Assembly: GCA_934121885.1 (NCBI GenBank)
Contig: CAKOVH010000001.1
Location: 143,825 to 207,824, forward strand
DNA: 64,000 bases
From: an uncultured Clostridia bacterium
GTDB taxonomy: Bacteria > Bacillota > Clostridia > TANB77 > CAG-508
Direction of reading: 5' to 3'
Shown: one piece after another, positions 1 through 10,409 of the stretch
How the letters are laid out: every line of letters begins with the position of its first letter
How positions within the stretch are numbered: the first letter of the stretch is position 1
Notes under the pieces: model-generated
What the model was told of the DNA's origin: nothing
What the model saw: only the letters and a program-made list of their open reading frames with translations
The model's database searches: none
Made by a program: the position numbers and the translations under genes

Positions 1-1397
1 GGTCCATATGAACCTGTTCCTGTTAATGAGTTATTAAGTATTTTCCATGAAGACATATTATTTAATTGGTCTTGTACAAGTTTACTAACTTCATCTTGGC
101 TGATATTTGTTTGGAAACTTCCTTCCATAGAATTTAATATACTTGTATATTTAGTTAATATTGTTTTACTGTCTAATACTTTATTAATAATTGCTTCAAT
201 TACTTGTTGTTGATTTCTAACTCTTTGATTATCGCCATTTGCAAATGAGTATCTTTCTCTACTATATGCTAGAGCCTGATTTCCATTTAATCTATTGTAA
301 CCCTTATGATAAGTATATCCCGTTGCCGTTGAAAAGTCATAATCTGAATATACACTAACTCCACCTAAAGTATCTACTAATTTGATTAGTGTTGTAAAAT
401 TGACTCTTACATAATAATTAATATCTATATCTAACAAATCTTCTACGGTTGTTACGGTTTCGCTAACTCCATAAATACCAGAATGTGTTAATTTGTCTTT
501 AGCCTTTTTACTATGAAGTGTTACATAATAATCTCTTGGAATAGAAGTAAGTAAAACTTCATGAGTTTTTGTATTAACAGTAGCAAGTATATTAGCATCA
601 CTTCTTGCAACATTATTAATACTTCCTGTTGTGTCTATTCCACTTATATATACATTAAATATTCCATTATTTATTGTTTGTCTAGAATCTGTCGTTTCTA
701 TTTTAGTACTTACTTTTACATCATGATTTACAATATATATTATTTTTGTATTGTCCTTAAATTCCTTTATTTCTTCAGAAAGCATTTCATATTGTGTTAA
801 TGAAACAAAAACAGTATCTATATCTTTATCAAGTAACTTTTTGCCTAAATCTGTTAAACTTTCTCCACTTTTTAAGGTTACCGTTACCTTATCAGTCAAA
901 TCTTTTTTTACACTATCATCTATTTGGAACAAGTAAATATCTTTTCCTTTAACATCCTCTATTTTACTATAGCTATTGTCTTTTCTAGCTATAATATAAT
1001 ATTGTTCTGTTTCAGTTACTTCTCTAAAAACTTTTCCTAAAAAGTTACTTGTAGCAAGTAAATAATTAGTTGCGTATATATATATACCAGATACGAAAAG
1101 AACTGCTATTATACATATAATATTTATCTTTAAAGATTTACGATTTTTTAAAATTCCTCTTATCATTAATATCGTAAATACAATTTCAGCAATTGTAAAT
1201 ATTACGGTATATGAAGTAGGAAGCATATTTACTTTTCTAACAGCAATATAGAAGATAATTGTAATAACTACATATACAAAAGCTAATAACTTAAGTATAC
1301 CATCTAGCTTTGTATTTCTTCTTTTACTATTTTTTTGATTTGTTACTCCCTTTTTCCCCCTTTTAGGTTCTTCTTTCATTCTTTTCCCTTGACTCAT
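1..1397 (-). CDS. LytR-CpsA-Psr (LCP) family cell-envelope glycopolymer ligase. N-terminus at 1397; C-terminus truncated by the window edge.
   Basis: Reverse translation from ~1397 gives MSQGKRMKEEPKRGKK..., then a TM segment, then an LCP-like body. It overlaps the stop of the upstream epimerase by 1 nt. It is absent from the ORF track only because it runs off the window. Confidence 0.65.
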   Translation of the reverse strand, partial: MSQGKRMKEEPKRGKKGVTNQKNSKRRNTKLDGILKLLAFVYVVITIIFYIAVRKVNMLPTSYTVIFTIAEIVFTILMIRGILKNRKSLKINIICIIAVLFVSGIYIYATNYLLATSNFLGKVFREVTETEQYYIIARKDNSYSKIEDVKGKDIYLFQIDDSVKKDLTDKVTVTLKSGESLTDLGKKLLDKDIDTVFVSLTQYEMLSEEIKEFKDNTKIIYIVNHDVKVSTKIETTDSRQTINNGIFNVYISGIDTTGSINNVARSDANILATVNTKTHEVLLTSIPRDYYVTLHSKKAKDKLTHSGIYGVSETVTTVEDLLDIDINYYVRVNFTTLIKLVDTLGGVSVYSDYDFSTATGYTYHKGYNRLNGNQALAYSRERYSFANGDNQRVRNQQQVIEAIINKVLDSKTILTKYTSILNSMEGSFQTNISQDEVSKLVQDQLNNMSSWKILNNSLTGTGSYG

Positions 1398-2491
1398 TAG
1401 TTAACCTCCGTAAAATTTTTAATTAACTTTGCAATTATATTAGCTGCATTTCCATCTCCATAATAATGTATTTTTTCATTATCAACTATTTTCGCATTAC
1501 AAATTTTATTATAAAGATCATTTTTTTCAGGAGTAGATAATATATTATAACCTTTATTCAAAGTTTCAACCCACTCTGTTTGATTTCTTATTGTAATACA
1601 AGGTGTATCTAATATATAACATTCTTTTTGTAATCCACCAGAATCTGTTACAACTTTAGTTGCATTTTTGGTTAAATATAGCATCGTTAGATAATCAACT
1701 GGCTCAACAAAATATATATTAGTATATTTATTTTGTTGATATAATTCATCAACCATTTTCTTTATTCTTGGATGAACTGGAAAAATTACAAGTTTATCCA
1801 AGCTTTCAAATACTCCTAATATATTCCTTAAATTTTTATCATCCATTGTATTTTCTGCTCTATGGATTGTTGTTAAATACCAACTATCTATATTCCTTCT
1901 TTCGTAAATAGGTACTAATTGTATATCATCTTTGTTAATCTTTTTATCTGCCATCTTAGAATAATATAAAACAGAATCACACATAACATCACCAGTTAAA
2001 TATACATTTTCTGTTATTCCCTCATTCTTTAGATTTTCAACTGCTGTTTTAGTTGGGCAAATCAGGATTTTCGAGATATGATCAGTTAGTATTCTGTTTT
2101 GTTCTTCAGGCATCTTCATATTAAAAGATCTTAGTCCCGCTTCAACATGTATTATAGGTATTAGCAATTTTGATGCAGCAATTGCACCAGCCAATGTAGA
2201 GTTTGTATCACCATATACCATAACATAATCTGGTTTTTCTTTCAATAATACTTCTTCAATTTTTATAATCATTTCTCCTGTTTGTTTTCCATGAGTTCCA
2301 GATCCTATCCCTAAATTATATTTTGGCTTTGGTATTTCTAATTGTTCAAAAAATATTTCTGACATATTTTTATCATAATGTTGTCCTGTATGTACCAGTA
2401 TTTCTTCAAAATTATCTTTTAAGGCTTTTGAAACCATAGCAGCTTTTATAAACTGTGGTCTTGCACCTATTATTGTTATAATTTTTTTCAT
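1397..2491 (-). CDS. wecB: UDP-N-acetylglucosamine 2-epimerase (non-hydrolysing, WecB/WbpI-like)
   Basis: MKKIITIIGARPQFIKAAMVSKAL...HTGQHYD...DSGGLQKE motifs. The internal ATG has a GAGGAG RBS. The track ORF's 18-codon N-extension was rejected. Confidence 0.85.
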   Translation of the reverse strand: MKKIITIIGARPQFIKAAMVSKALKDNFEEILVHTGQHYDKNMSEIFFEQLEIPKPKYNLGIGSGTHGKQTGEMIIKIEEVLLKEKPDYVMVYGDTNSTLAGAIAASKLLIPIIHVEAGLRSFNMKMPEEQNRILTDHISKILICPTKTAVENLKNEGITENVYLTGDVMCDSVLYYSKMADKKINKDDIQLVPIYERRNIDSWYLTTIHRAENTMDDKNLRNILGVFESLDKLVIFPVHPRIKKMVDELYQQNKYTNIYFVEPVDYLTMLYLTKNATKVVTDSGGLQKECYILDTPCITIRNQTEWVETLNKGYNILSTPEKNDLYNKICNAKIVDNEKIHYYGDGNAANIIAKLIKNFTEVN

Positions 2492-2502
2492 ATTTTTTCT
2501 CC

Positions 2503-3615
2503 TCATTTTAAATCTTTTACAACTTTTCTTACCCTTGCATTCCACGTGTTTTCATCAATAATACTATTAAATTTTTTCTGTATTTCATATATTTCTGATT
2601 TATTATCTCTTATCATTTTAAGCATCTTTTCTATATCGTTTATTTCATAGTTTGTTGTCCACCCAATATGATTTTCTTCAACAAATTTTCCTGCTGCAGT
2701 ATTCTTAGTTGCAATAATTGGTTTTTTATTTTGAATGTATTCAAACAGTTTTACTGGCATAGCTATATTCATATATTCATATCTGTTAAATATAAGACTA
2801 CATACATCAGCTTCTTTATAATATTTTTCCAACTCTTGTCCACTTGCATGTACAATATGTATATTTTCATTTATATACTTAATATACTTACTTTTTATAT
2901 TATTCCATTCTGGTTCCCTACAGCAAACTGTCAATCGTACATTTTTCATTTTACAAACTACTGCAAATAGTTTTTCAAAATTATAAATATGCTCAGATAT
3001 TCCTCCTACATAAAATATATTTAAAATATTATTTTTTTCTTTTTCATTAAATGTTATATTTTTGTTATCGCATCCAGGTGGTAATATATCAATGTTGTAT
3101 TTTTTACATATTACATTTTTTTTCGGTAAATATTTTTTCATTTCTTTAGTTGGTATATATAATACATTTAGGTATTTTCTATATTTGAGCAAATCATATT
3201 TATATAATGGAATTGATACTATTCTTTTTATAAAAGAAACATTTTTTCTATATACATCAAATTTCCAATGTATATCTCTATAGAATAAACCTATTTTTAT
3301 TCCATTTTTTTTACAATATTTAAAAAAAGAAAAATCAAGCATTGGATGTAATGGCAAATGATTTTTTTCTGTTAACAAAGTGGGCATTGTGCTACTTTCT
3401 GAATACAAAAAATCATATTTTATTCCATTTTTTATATTTTGTTTTATTTTTTTTATTTGCTCTTTTCTTTCTTTTGCATATCCCATTACAACATCAACAT
3501 CATACCCTATCTCTTTAAATGCATTTATCATTTTTAAAGGTCTAATATTTGAGCCGGATTTTCTATTAACATCTATATAATTTGGGACATGAAATATACA
3601 TTTTTTATTAGCCAT
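2503..3615 (-). CDS. Glycosyltransferase (putative, family unclear)
   Basis: 370-aa ORF inside the polysaccharide operon with an HVPNYID...SGSNIRP N-terminus. It overlaps wzx by 8 nt (coupled). Confidence 0.5.
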   Translation of the reverse strand: MANKKCIFHVPNYIDVNRKSGSNIRPLKMINAFKEIGYDVDVVMGYAKERKEQIKKIKQNIKNGIKYDFLYSESSTMPTLLTEKNHLPLHPMLDFSFFKYCKKNGIKIGLFYRDIHWKFDVYRKNVSFIKRIVSIPLYKYDLLKYRKYLNVLYIPTKEMKKYLPKKNVICKKYNIDILPPGCDNKNITFNEKEKNNILNIFYVGGISEHIYNFEKLFAVVCKMKNVRLTVCCREPEWNNIKSKYIKYINENIHIVHASGQELEKYYKEADVCSLIFNRYEYMNIAMPVKLFEYIQNKKPIIATKNTAAGKFVEENHIGWTTNYEINDIEKMLKMIRDNKSEIYEIQKKFNSIIDENTWNARVRKVVKDLK

Positions 3616-4900
3616 TATTGTTCTTTCCCTTTCTTAAAATTCCCACAGTCTGATTTATTATTATCTTTAAATCATTTTTATTTATTTTAAATATTTCTTT
3701 TATATTAAATCCTTTTTTCTTTAAAACTATTATATAAATTGCTCCATATACAAAATATGATATTGTTGAGGCTAGTGCTGCTCCATTAATACCAAATCTC
3801 GGAATCAAAATCATATTAAATAATACATTGACTGCAAGAACTATCGCTGATACTTTTAAATGCATACCAGGATTTCCATTCGTATAAAAATACGCAGGTG
3901 TAACTTTTCCTATAGACGCAAATATAATTCCTATCAATAGTATTACCATTGAGACTCCCGCTGCTGAATACTCTTGCCCATATAAAACTGTTACAAGTGG
4001 TTTACATATACATCCGACTATACATATCATTAATGTCAAATAAAATGCTAACTTAATTGTCTGAATAGTAATTTCATCTCGTTCTTCTTTTTTACAGGTA
4101 TATAATCGTCCTTCAAATGCAGAAGTAATAGATTCTGGAAAAACAAAAGCCAATTCTGCTAAATTTACAGATATTGCATATATTCCTAATTCTACTGTAC
4201 CTAGCATTTGTTTTACCATAAATTGATCTACTCTATAATTTAAGTATATACATAATGCTGCTAAATACAATGGTATTCCAAATTTTAACTCATCTTTTAT
4301 GATATTTATGTTAAATTCAAAATGGTAATTTAATTTTAACCCCTTTAACAATAACGCTATTTTTAATATTTCTAATGATGCATATATTAAAGAAAGCGTA
4401 ACAATATTTAAGCAATTTATAAAATACAAAATAACTATCAATATACCTTTTAATATGTTTATTGCAATTAAATATTTATTATACACATATATATTTTCAT
4501 CTGAAACATATACTGTAATAAAAAAATTATTGAATAATAAATTTATTGCATATAATAGCCATATTAAAGGTAATATGTATATATTATTAGAAAATATCTG
4601 TTTACTAAAGATTATCGCTATGATTATATATATACATCCCAAAAATATTAAAGTTGATATATTTGTATTTATTACATTTTTCTTTTCATACTGACTTTTC
4701 TTTATAAAATAACTATTTGAACTTGTTATTCCTAAATGTCCATATGATGCTATTATTCCAAAAATTAAAAGATAATACGAAAATTGCCCTTGATTTTCCG
4801 TTCCTAATCCTCTAGCAATCAATATACTTGTAATAAAACCAGTTCCTATAGATAATATATGTAATATTAAATTACTAACAATATTTTTCTTAAATTTCAT
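3608..4900 (-). CDS. wzx: Oligosaccharide flippase (Wzx / MOP superfamily polysaccharide biosynthesis protein)
   Basis: 430 aa and about 12 TM helices. The N-terminus MKFKKNIVSNLILHILSIGTGFITSILIARGLG is typical of Wzx. Confidence 0.75.
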   Translation of the reverse strand: MKFKKNIVSNLILHILSIGTGFITSILIARGLGTENQGQFSYYLLIFGIIASYGHLGITSSNSYFIKKSQYEKKNVINTNISTLIFLGCIYIIIAIIFSKQIFSNNIYILPLIWLLYAINLLFNNFFITVYVSDENIYVYNKYLIAINILKGILIVILYFINCLNIVTLSLIYASLEILKIALLLKGLKLNYHFEFNINIIKDELKFGIPLYLAALCIYLNYRVDQFMVKQMLGTVELGIYAISVNLAELAFVFPESITSAFEGRLYTCKKEERDEITIQTIKLAFYLTLMICIVGCICKPLVTVLYGQEYSAAGVSMVILLIGIIFASIGKVTPAYFYTNGNPGMHLKVSAIVLAVNVLFNMILIPRFGINGAALASTISYFVYGAIYIIVLKKKGFNIKEIFKINKNDLKIIINQTVGILRKGKNNNG

Positions 4901-6632
4901 CTTTTTTATTTTCCTTATTAAAATATTTTTCTAAAAAAGATAGTAATGAGATAACTTCTATTTTTTCTATTGCACTACCCTCTTTATATAGCTTTTCAAT
5001 ATCATTTTTTAACTCATTATCATTATCTAAAAGCTTTTTGTTTTTTTGATAATATGTATCCAGCTTTTCTCTTAAATCCTTATTAGTTTCATACCAATAT
5101 TGCATTGGGTTCATATTACTTTTTGGGTCAGTTTTCAATTTTAATTTATTTTTTATGATATTTAATATCATATTTATGGTATATTTTTTTCTTTTTATTG
5201 TAACCTTAACAGAGTTACTCTTCGGGATTTTAACACCATTATGAGCATATTTCATAGCATCTTTATGATATTTTTCTACCCATTTATAATATATATAATG
5301 TCCAAATCTATATTTTAATGGCAATGAAAAACAAAATTCCATAAACTCAATATTCATAAATGGAGACATAGCTTCGGTATAATTTTGGAATGTTGTTGAA
5401 TATCCTAATACTGCTCCATTAAAAGCTCTATTATAGAGCATTCCAACTTCATAATTATCATACTCTTTTATTGTTATCATTTCACTTAATTTATTAATTA
5501 AGGTTTTTGAAAAAGCTCCATCGCCTATCTGATAATTCTTCTTATCATAACTTTTATAAAAAGTTGCTAAAACAACATCTCCAATTACACCTGTATGAAC
5601 AATTCCCATATTCTCTGTATTAATCAATTTCATATAATCATACAATTGTGAAGGCCATGCATAATATATGATACCATCTGTAATATCAGTTGATTTTTGT
5701 ATATTATATAGAGCAAGACCATTATCTAAATTTTTAAATATCCAATGATTATGTAATTCTGATGCTATTTTACTTGGAACAATCTGATCAAGTTGTCCTG
5801 TTTGTGAATATGTTATATTATATATATCTTTTTTATAGATTTTTCTCAGCATATAGTTTGTCATTCTTGAGTCTAACCCTGCACTTAAAGGTGCAAAATT
5901 ATCATATCCATATTCTTCGTTTTTTGAAACTTGTAACATCATAGCTTCTTGAAATTTCTTTTCAATCTTCTCTAATATTTCATCTTCAGACATAGTTACA
6001 TCTTTATCAATATTAGTTTTTAATTTGTAATACTCAATTTCTTCTATTTTATTATTTTCTATTTTTATATAATGACCTGGTAATAATTTTTTTATTTCTT
6101 TTATAAGAGTCAAATTATCATACATATATCCATATGTAAGTAAGCAGTATACACCTTTTTTATCCAAATTATATTTTATATCATTGTACTTCATAAATTT
6201 GATAATGTGTTTTATTTCAGATGCAAATATTATTTCACTTTTTACATTATAAAAGAAAATTGTCTTGTCTCCTGTTTGATTTGTGAATATTATAGTTTTA
6301 TTTTTTATTTTATCTTCGAAAAATCCACAAAAATTTCCTCGAAATTCACTAAAAAATTTTTCGCCATTCTTTTTGTACATTTCTATTATCAAATCTTGCA
6401 TTTCATTTTTGTTAAACTTTTCTTTTAATTTTGATAAATTTAAAATTACACCTTCTACTAATACTGTATAATTTTCATCTTTATACATTATCTTATCGTT
6501 TTCAAATTTTTTTATGCTACTCATTTCTAAATGCCAAGTATTTATATTCTCGTTTCTGTAAATTCTATTTTCTTCTTCCATAATTTTTTCTGGCATATTA
6601 TTATATATATTAGTTCCAAAGATTCCTGGCAT
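4890..6632 (-). CDS. Asparagine synthetase-like amidotransferase (WbpG/WbpS-like). The N-terminal nucleophile Cys is replaced by Pro.
   Basis: N-terminus MPGIFG (normally MCGI..). The PP-loop is LSAGLDSR. 580 aa. A strong AAGGAG RBS fixes the start. Confidence 0.8.
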   Translation of the reverse strand: MPGIFGTNIYNNMPEKIMEEENRIYRNENINTWHLEMSSIKKFENDKIMYKDENYTVLVEGVILNLSKLKEKFNKNEMQDLIIEMYKKNGEKFFSEFRGNFCGFFEDKIKNKTIIFTNQTGDKTIFFYNVKSEIIFASEIKHIIKFMKYNDIKYNLDKKGVYCLLTYGYMYDNLTLIKEIKKLLPGHYIKIENNKIEEIEYYKLKTNIDKDVTMSEDEILEKIEKKFQEAMMLQVSKNEEYGYDNFAPLSAGLDSRMTNYMLRKIYKKDIYNITYSQTGQLDQIVPSKIASELHNHWIFKNLDNGLALYNIQKSTDITDGIIYYAWPSQLYDYMKLINTENMGIVHTGVIGDVVLATFYKSYDKKNYQIGDGAFSKTLINKLSEMITIKEYDNYEVGMLYNRAFNGAVLGYSTTFQNYTEAMSPFMNIEFMEFCFSLPLKYRFGHYIYYKWVEKYHKDAMKYAHNGVKIPKSNSVKVTIKRKKYTINMILNIIKNKLKLKTDPKSNMNPMQYWYETNKDLREKLDTYYQKNKKLLDNDNELKNDIEKLYKEGSAIEKIEVISLLSFLEKYFNKENKKDEI

Positions 6633-6634
6633 TC

Positions 6635-8029
6635 TTATTCTCCTTCATTATTTTTTCTTTTTATCATCTTTAATAATACATTTTCTTTAACAAAATTAAT
6701 ATTTTTTTCATTTGTAACAATTTTGATTCCAAAAACAACTAACAAACTAACCATAAATTGAATGTTATATATAAAATCAATAAATCCTGCTAATAATACA
6801 TTTGTAAATATTATAAAGCATTGCAAATATAATACTATATTTAATGGTGTTTTTTTACTTTTTAAGAATATGCACAAAATTGATGAGAAAATTAATCCTA
6901 CCAATATAGGCGAAATTATAATACCAAATATTCCAAAATTTGCATATGCTTCACCTAAAAATACTGTGCTCATTACTCCCGCTGTCCCATTTTCTATTCC
7001 AGCTTTGTTATATTCTTGCATTACTACTCTCCCTGATCGTACATAATAATCTCCCTCACCAAATATAAACTTAAATATTGGTGGAAAACTATGTCCATTT
7101 AAATAGTCTATCTTCTCTGGAAAAGCATCAAAGTGCAAGAATAAAGTTCCTGCTTGTGATATAACCACTCTTGAAATTGGTCCATTGGATAGAGAGATAA
7201 AGCTTCCTCTATATCCTGCTACAATAGTATATGAAAGAACTACTAATACAATAGCTACAATAACAAAAGGTATAATCTTTTTTAGCTTAAATGTTTTTCC
7301 AAGTGTTACTTCTATAATAAAAAAGTAGCATATGTAATATATTAATGGAGCTTTTGAAAAATCATATGTTTTTACAAATACATTTAGTATAAAGGATATA
7401 ATAAATAAAATTAACCATTTTTTTTCTTTAGTAGTTCTCATATATATATATGCTATATATGAAAGAATAGGAGTCACCATAAGCATTACAATATTTTTTA
7501 TGTATTCATTTCCATTAAAATTTCTTACTGTATTTATTCTTTCTTCTGCAAAATTAAAATTGCTATCAAAATACTTAAATAGAGGTACATACCCTATACA
7601 GCAAAAAACATAAATTATTGCAATTAAACATATGAACAAAGCCATCACTACTATAATATATATCATTTTCTGTGTTTTAGTATTTTCCATAATAATATCT
7701 TGTTGTATTTTTTTTATATATGTTTTATCTATTTTCTTTAATTTAAATATAAAATAATTAGATACAAAAATTGTTAATGGTAAAATAATCATCACATAAG
7801 CCATTGACCAATATGTTTTATTTATTACATTATTATCAGTAATCTTTGATATTAAATAATGATCCCTATATCCTAAAAACACTAATGTTACTCCAATAAA
7901 TTCAAATGCCATTAAGCTATAAAAAGCAAAACTTGAAATATTTATTAGATTTACCTTTAAAGTTCCAGATGCTTTTTTAAACAAAAATGTACTTATTAAT
8001 ATAATAATAATTGCTACTACAATATTCAT
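6635..8029 (-). CDS. O-antigen/oligosaccharide polymerase-like polytopic membrane protein (Wzy-like)
   Basis: 464 aa, many TM helices, no soluble domain. It sits between a GT and the amidotransferase in a Wzx/Wzy-type locus. Confidence 0.5.
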   Translation of the reverse strand: MNIVVAIIIILISTFLFKKASGTLKVNLINISSFAFYSLMAFEFIGVTLVFLGYRDHYLISKITDNNVINKTYWSMAYVMIILPLTIFVSNYFIFKLKKIDKTYIKKIQQDIIMENTKTQKMIYIIVVMALFICLIAIIYVFCCIGYVPLFKYFDSNFNFAEERINTVRNFNGNEYIKNIVMLMVTPILSYIAYIYMRTTKEKKWLILFIISFILNVFVKTYDFSKAPLIYYICYFFIIEVTLGKTFKLKKIIPFVIVAIVLVVLSYTIVAGYRGSFISLSNGPISRVVISQAGTLFLHFDAFPEKIDYLNGHSFPPIFKFIFGEGDYYVRSGRVVMQEYNKAGIENGTAGVMSTVFLGEAYANFGIFGIIISPILVGLIFSSILCIFLKSKKTPLNIVLYLQCFIIFTNVLLAGFIDFIYNIQFMVSLLVVFGIKIVTNEKNINFVKENVLLKMIKRKNNEGE

Positions 8030-9141
8030 TTGTTAAAACTTCTCCTTGCATATATTTCTTTCATATAATTAACATTATCTTTCCAATTATATTTTTCTAC
8101 AACTCTTTTTCTTCCATTAATTCCCATTTGTTTTGCTAAATTTTTATCATTGTATATTTCCTCTATTTTTTCTGCAATTTCTTCTGCATTTTCCTTTTCA
8201 ACTAAATATCCTGTATCTTGATCTATCATAACCTCAGAAAATCCATCAGTTTTAGTTGCAACAACTGGTAATTCACAAGCCATTGCTTCAACAACGGCTA
8301 CACCAAAACTTTCACTATTTAATATACTTGTAGCACAAAAAACATCAAATGTATTTAATGCTTCAGGTACTTCGTAATTTGGTATTTTTCCCATTAGAAA
8401 AACACTATCTTCCAAATTTTCATTTTTTATCAACTCTTGTAATTTTTCTTTTTCCTCTCCATCTCCATATATAAAAAGTCTTATAGAATCAGCAATTTTT
8501 TCTTTTTTTTCTGCTCTTAATTTATCTTTTAATTTCTTAATTGCTAATATCGCATATCTAATTCCATATTTCTCGCTTAATGCTTTAATGATTCCCACAT
8601 TAAAATATCTACTATCCTTTTTTATATTCATATTTTTAAACCTATCTATATCAACACCAAATGGAGTTATATATATGTCTTTATTTAAATCTGGAACCTG
8701 CTTTTTTAACTCTTTCGCCATTATGTTACTTGTTGATGCAATTTTGTCTGCATACATTATATTTTTTTGTAATATTCTTTTTTTTATTTTTGATTCATTC
8801 GGAAAATCATATATGTCGCTTCCCCAAATCGATAATAGTGTTACCCTTATTTTTGATACTCTTGCTAGGGTTCCATATCCACTTGCATAATGAACATTAA
8901 CAATATCTGGTTGTATTTTATTGTATAACATTTTTAATTGTATAGAATTTAAATAATATCCAATCGGAGCTTTAAAATATAATTCATGTAGAATAACATT
9001 TTCATTTATCACATCATTGCTTGGTTTATGATTTTTACAATACACTAAATGTACTTCATAATCATTTGATAAAGCATTTACCCACTTTACTGTATGTATA
9101 CTACTTGCAGCAGATATAAACATTACTTTTTGCTTACTCAT
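8026..9141 (-). CDS. Glycosyltransferase family 4 (GT1 fold)
   Basis: C-terminal EAMACELPVVATKTDGFSEVM...GYLV motif typical of GT4. Confidence 0.8.
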   Translation of the reverse strand: MSKQKVMFISAASSIHTVKWVNALSNDYEVHLVYCKNHKPSNDVINENVILHELYFKAPIGYYLNSIQLKMLYNKIQPDIVNVHYASGYGTLARVSKIRVTLLSIWGSDIYDFPNESKIKKRILQKNIMYADKIASTSNIMAKELKKQVPDLNKDIYITPFGVDIDRFKNMNIKKDSRYFNVGIIKALSEKYGIRYAILAIKKLKDKLRAEKKEKIADSIRLFIYGDGEEKEKLQELIKNENLEDSVFLMGKIPNYEVPEALNTFDVFCATSILNSESFGVAVVEAMACELPVVATKTDGFSEVMIDQDTGYLVEKENAEEIAEKIEEIYNDKNLAKQMGINGRKRVVEKYNWKDNVNYMKEIYARRSFNK

Positions 9142-9151
9142 ATTCTTCCTC

Positions 9152-10399
9152 TCAATTTTCGATAATACTTTCTAATTTTTTAGTTAATACTTTATAATCA
9201 AATTGATTTAAAACTTTTTTAGAATTCTCATTATATTCTTCTCTTCTTTTTTCATATTCACTATATAGCTTCACAAATGCATCGTAATATTCTTCTACCG
9301 TATTATTTTTTAATGTAATGCCACATCCATTCTTTTCAATTATATCATATTTATTGTAAAAGCATGATATAATTGGCTTTCCACTATATAAATATGCGAA
9401 CATTTTATTTTGACTGGTACCATATTTAAAGATATCTACATTTTTTCCATGTAATAAGCATATATTACATTTAGACATTATATTTGGAATATATTTATTA
9501 TCAATAAAATCTCTAAATATTACATTGTTTATGTTGTGTTCTTTGCAGTAATTAATCATTTCTTCTTTTTCGTTGCCATTTCCATATAAAAATATTCTTA
9601 CATCATTATATTTATTCTTTTGTATAATTTCTGCTAAATCAAGGATATCTTTTATATTATATGATTTTCTTATTCCACCCGTATAAAGTAGCTTAAATGT
9701 ATTTTTATCGTTTAACTCATTATCATCTTCAACTTTATAATTACTCTCATTGTATTCATACTGCTCTATGTCTACACCATTATTTATATTAAATATTTTA
9801 CCAAAATCAATTTTATTTTTGTATTTCTTGGTTTTTATATAGTCCTTTCCACCACTCATAGTAAATACTAATTTATCAGCTTTTATATACATTTTTTTCT
9901 CAATTAAGTACAATATCTTTACAAGTATATTACTTTTTTTAGCCACACCAAAACTTACTACTGAGTCTGGCCATAAGTCTCTAATTTCTACAATACTTTT
10001 TATCTTCATTTTTTTTGCTAAATCTATTCCTAATAGTGCTGTTGTTGGCATTGGAGATGAAGCATAAATGATGTCTGGTTTTCCAACATCTTTTATTATT
10101 CTACTGCAATTCATCTTTGTATTAATGAAGAATTGCAGTATATTAATAATTCTTTTTATTCCATTTCCCTTATATTGGCTTGTCTTTATATGAATATAAT
10201 TTACTCCATCTATGCTAGATATTTTATATTTTTCCTTTGTTTCAATCAAATTTACATCTGAATTATGTATTGCACTAGATGATAATATATATACATTATA
10301 TTTACTTTTATCCATATACTTTGCAAGATTATGATGTCTTACTATACTACCATATTTAGGTGGAGTTGCATATTGATTTAATATCCATATATTTTTCAT
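9152..10399 (-). CDS. Glycosyltransferase family 4, WbuB/Cap5-like
   Basis: N-terminus MKNIWILNQYATPPKYGSIVRHHNLAKYM is characteristic of WbuB-type GT4 enzymes. Confidence 0.75.
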   Translation of the reverse strand: MKNIWILNQYATPPKYGSIVRHHNLAKYMDKSKYNVYILSSSAIHNSDVNLIETKEKYKISSIDGVNYIHIKTSQYKGNGIKRIINILQFFINTKMNCSRIIKDVGKPDIIYASSPMPTTALLGIDLAKKMKIKSIVEIRDLWPDSVVSFGVAKKSNILVKILYLIEKKMYIKADKLVFTMSGGKDYIKTKKYKNKIDFGKIFNINNGVDIEQYEYNESNYKVEDDNELNDKNTFKLLYTGGIRKSYNIKDILDLAEIIQKNKYNDVRIFLYGNGNEKEEMINYCKEHNINNVIFRDFIDNKYIPNIMSKCNICLLHGKNVDIFKYGTSQNKMFAYLYSGKPIISCFYNKYDIIEKNGCGITLKNNTVEEYYDAFVKLYSEYEKRREEYNENSKKVLNQFDYKVLTKKLESIIEN

Positions 10400-10409
10400 G
10401 ATTTTACTC

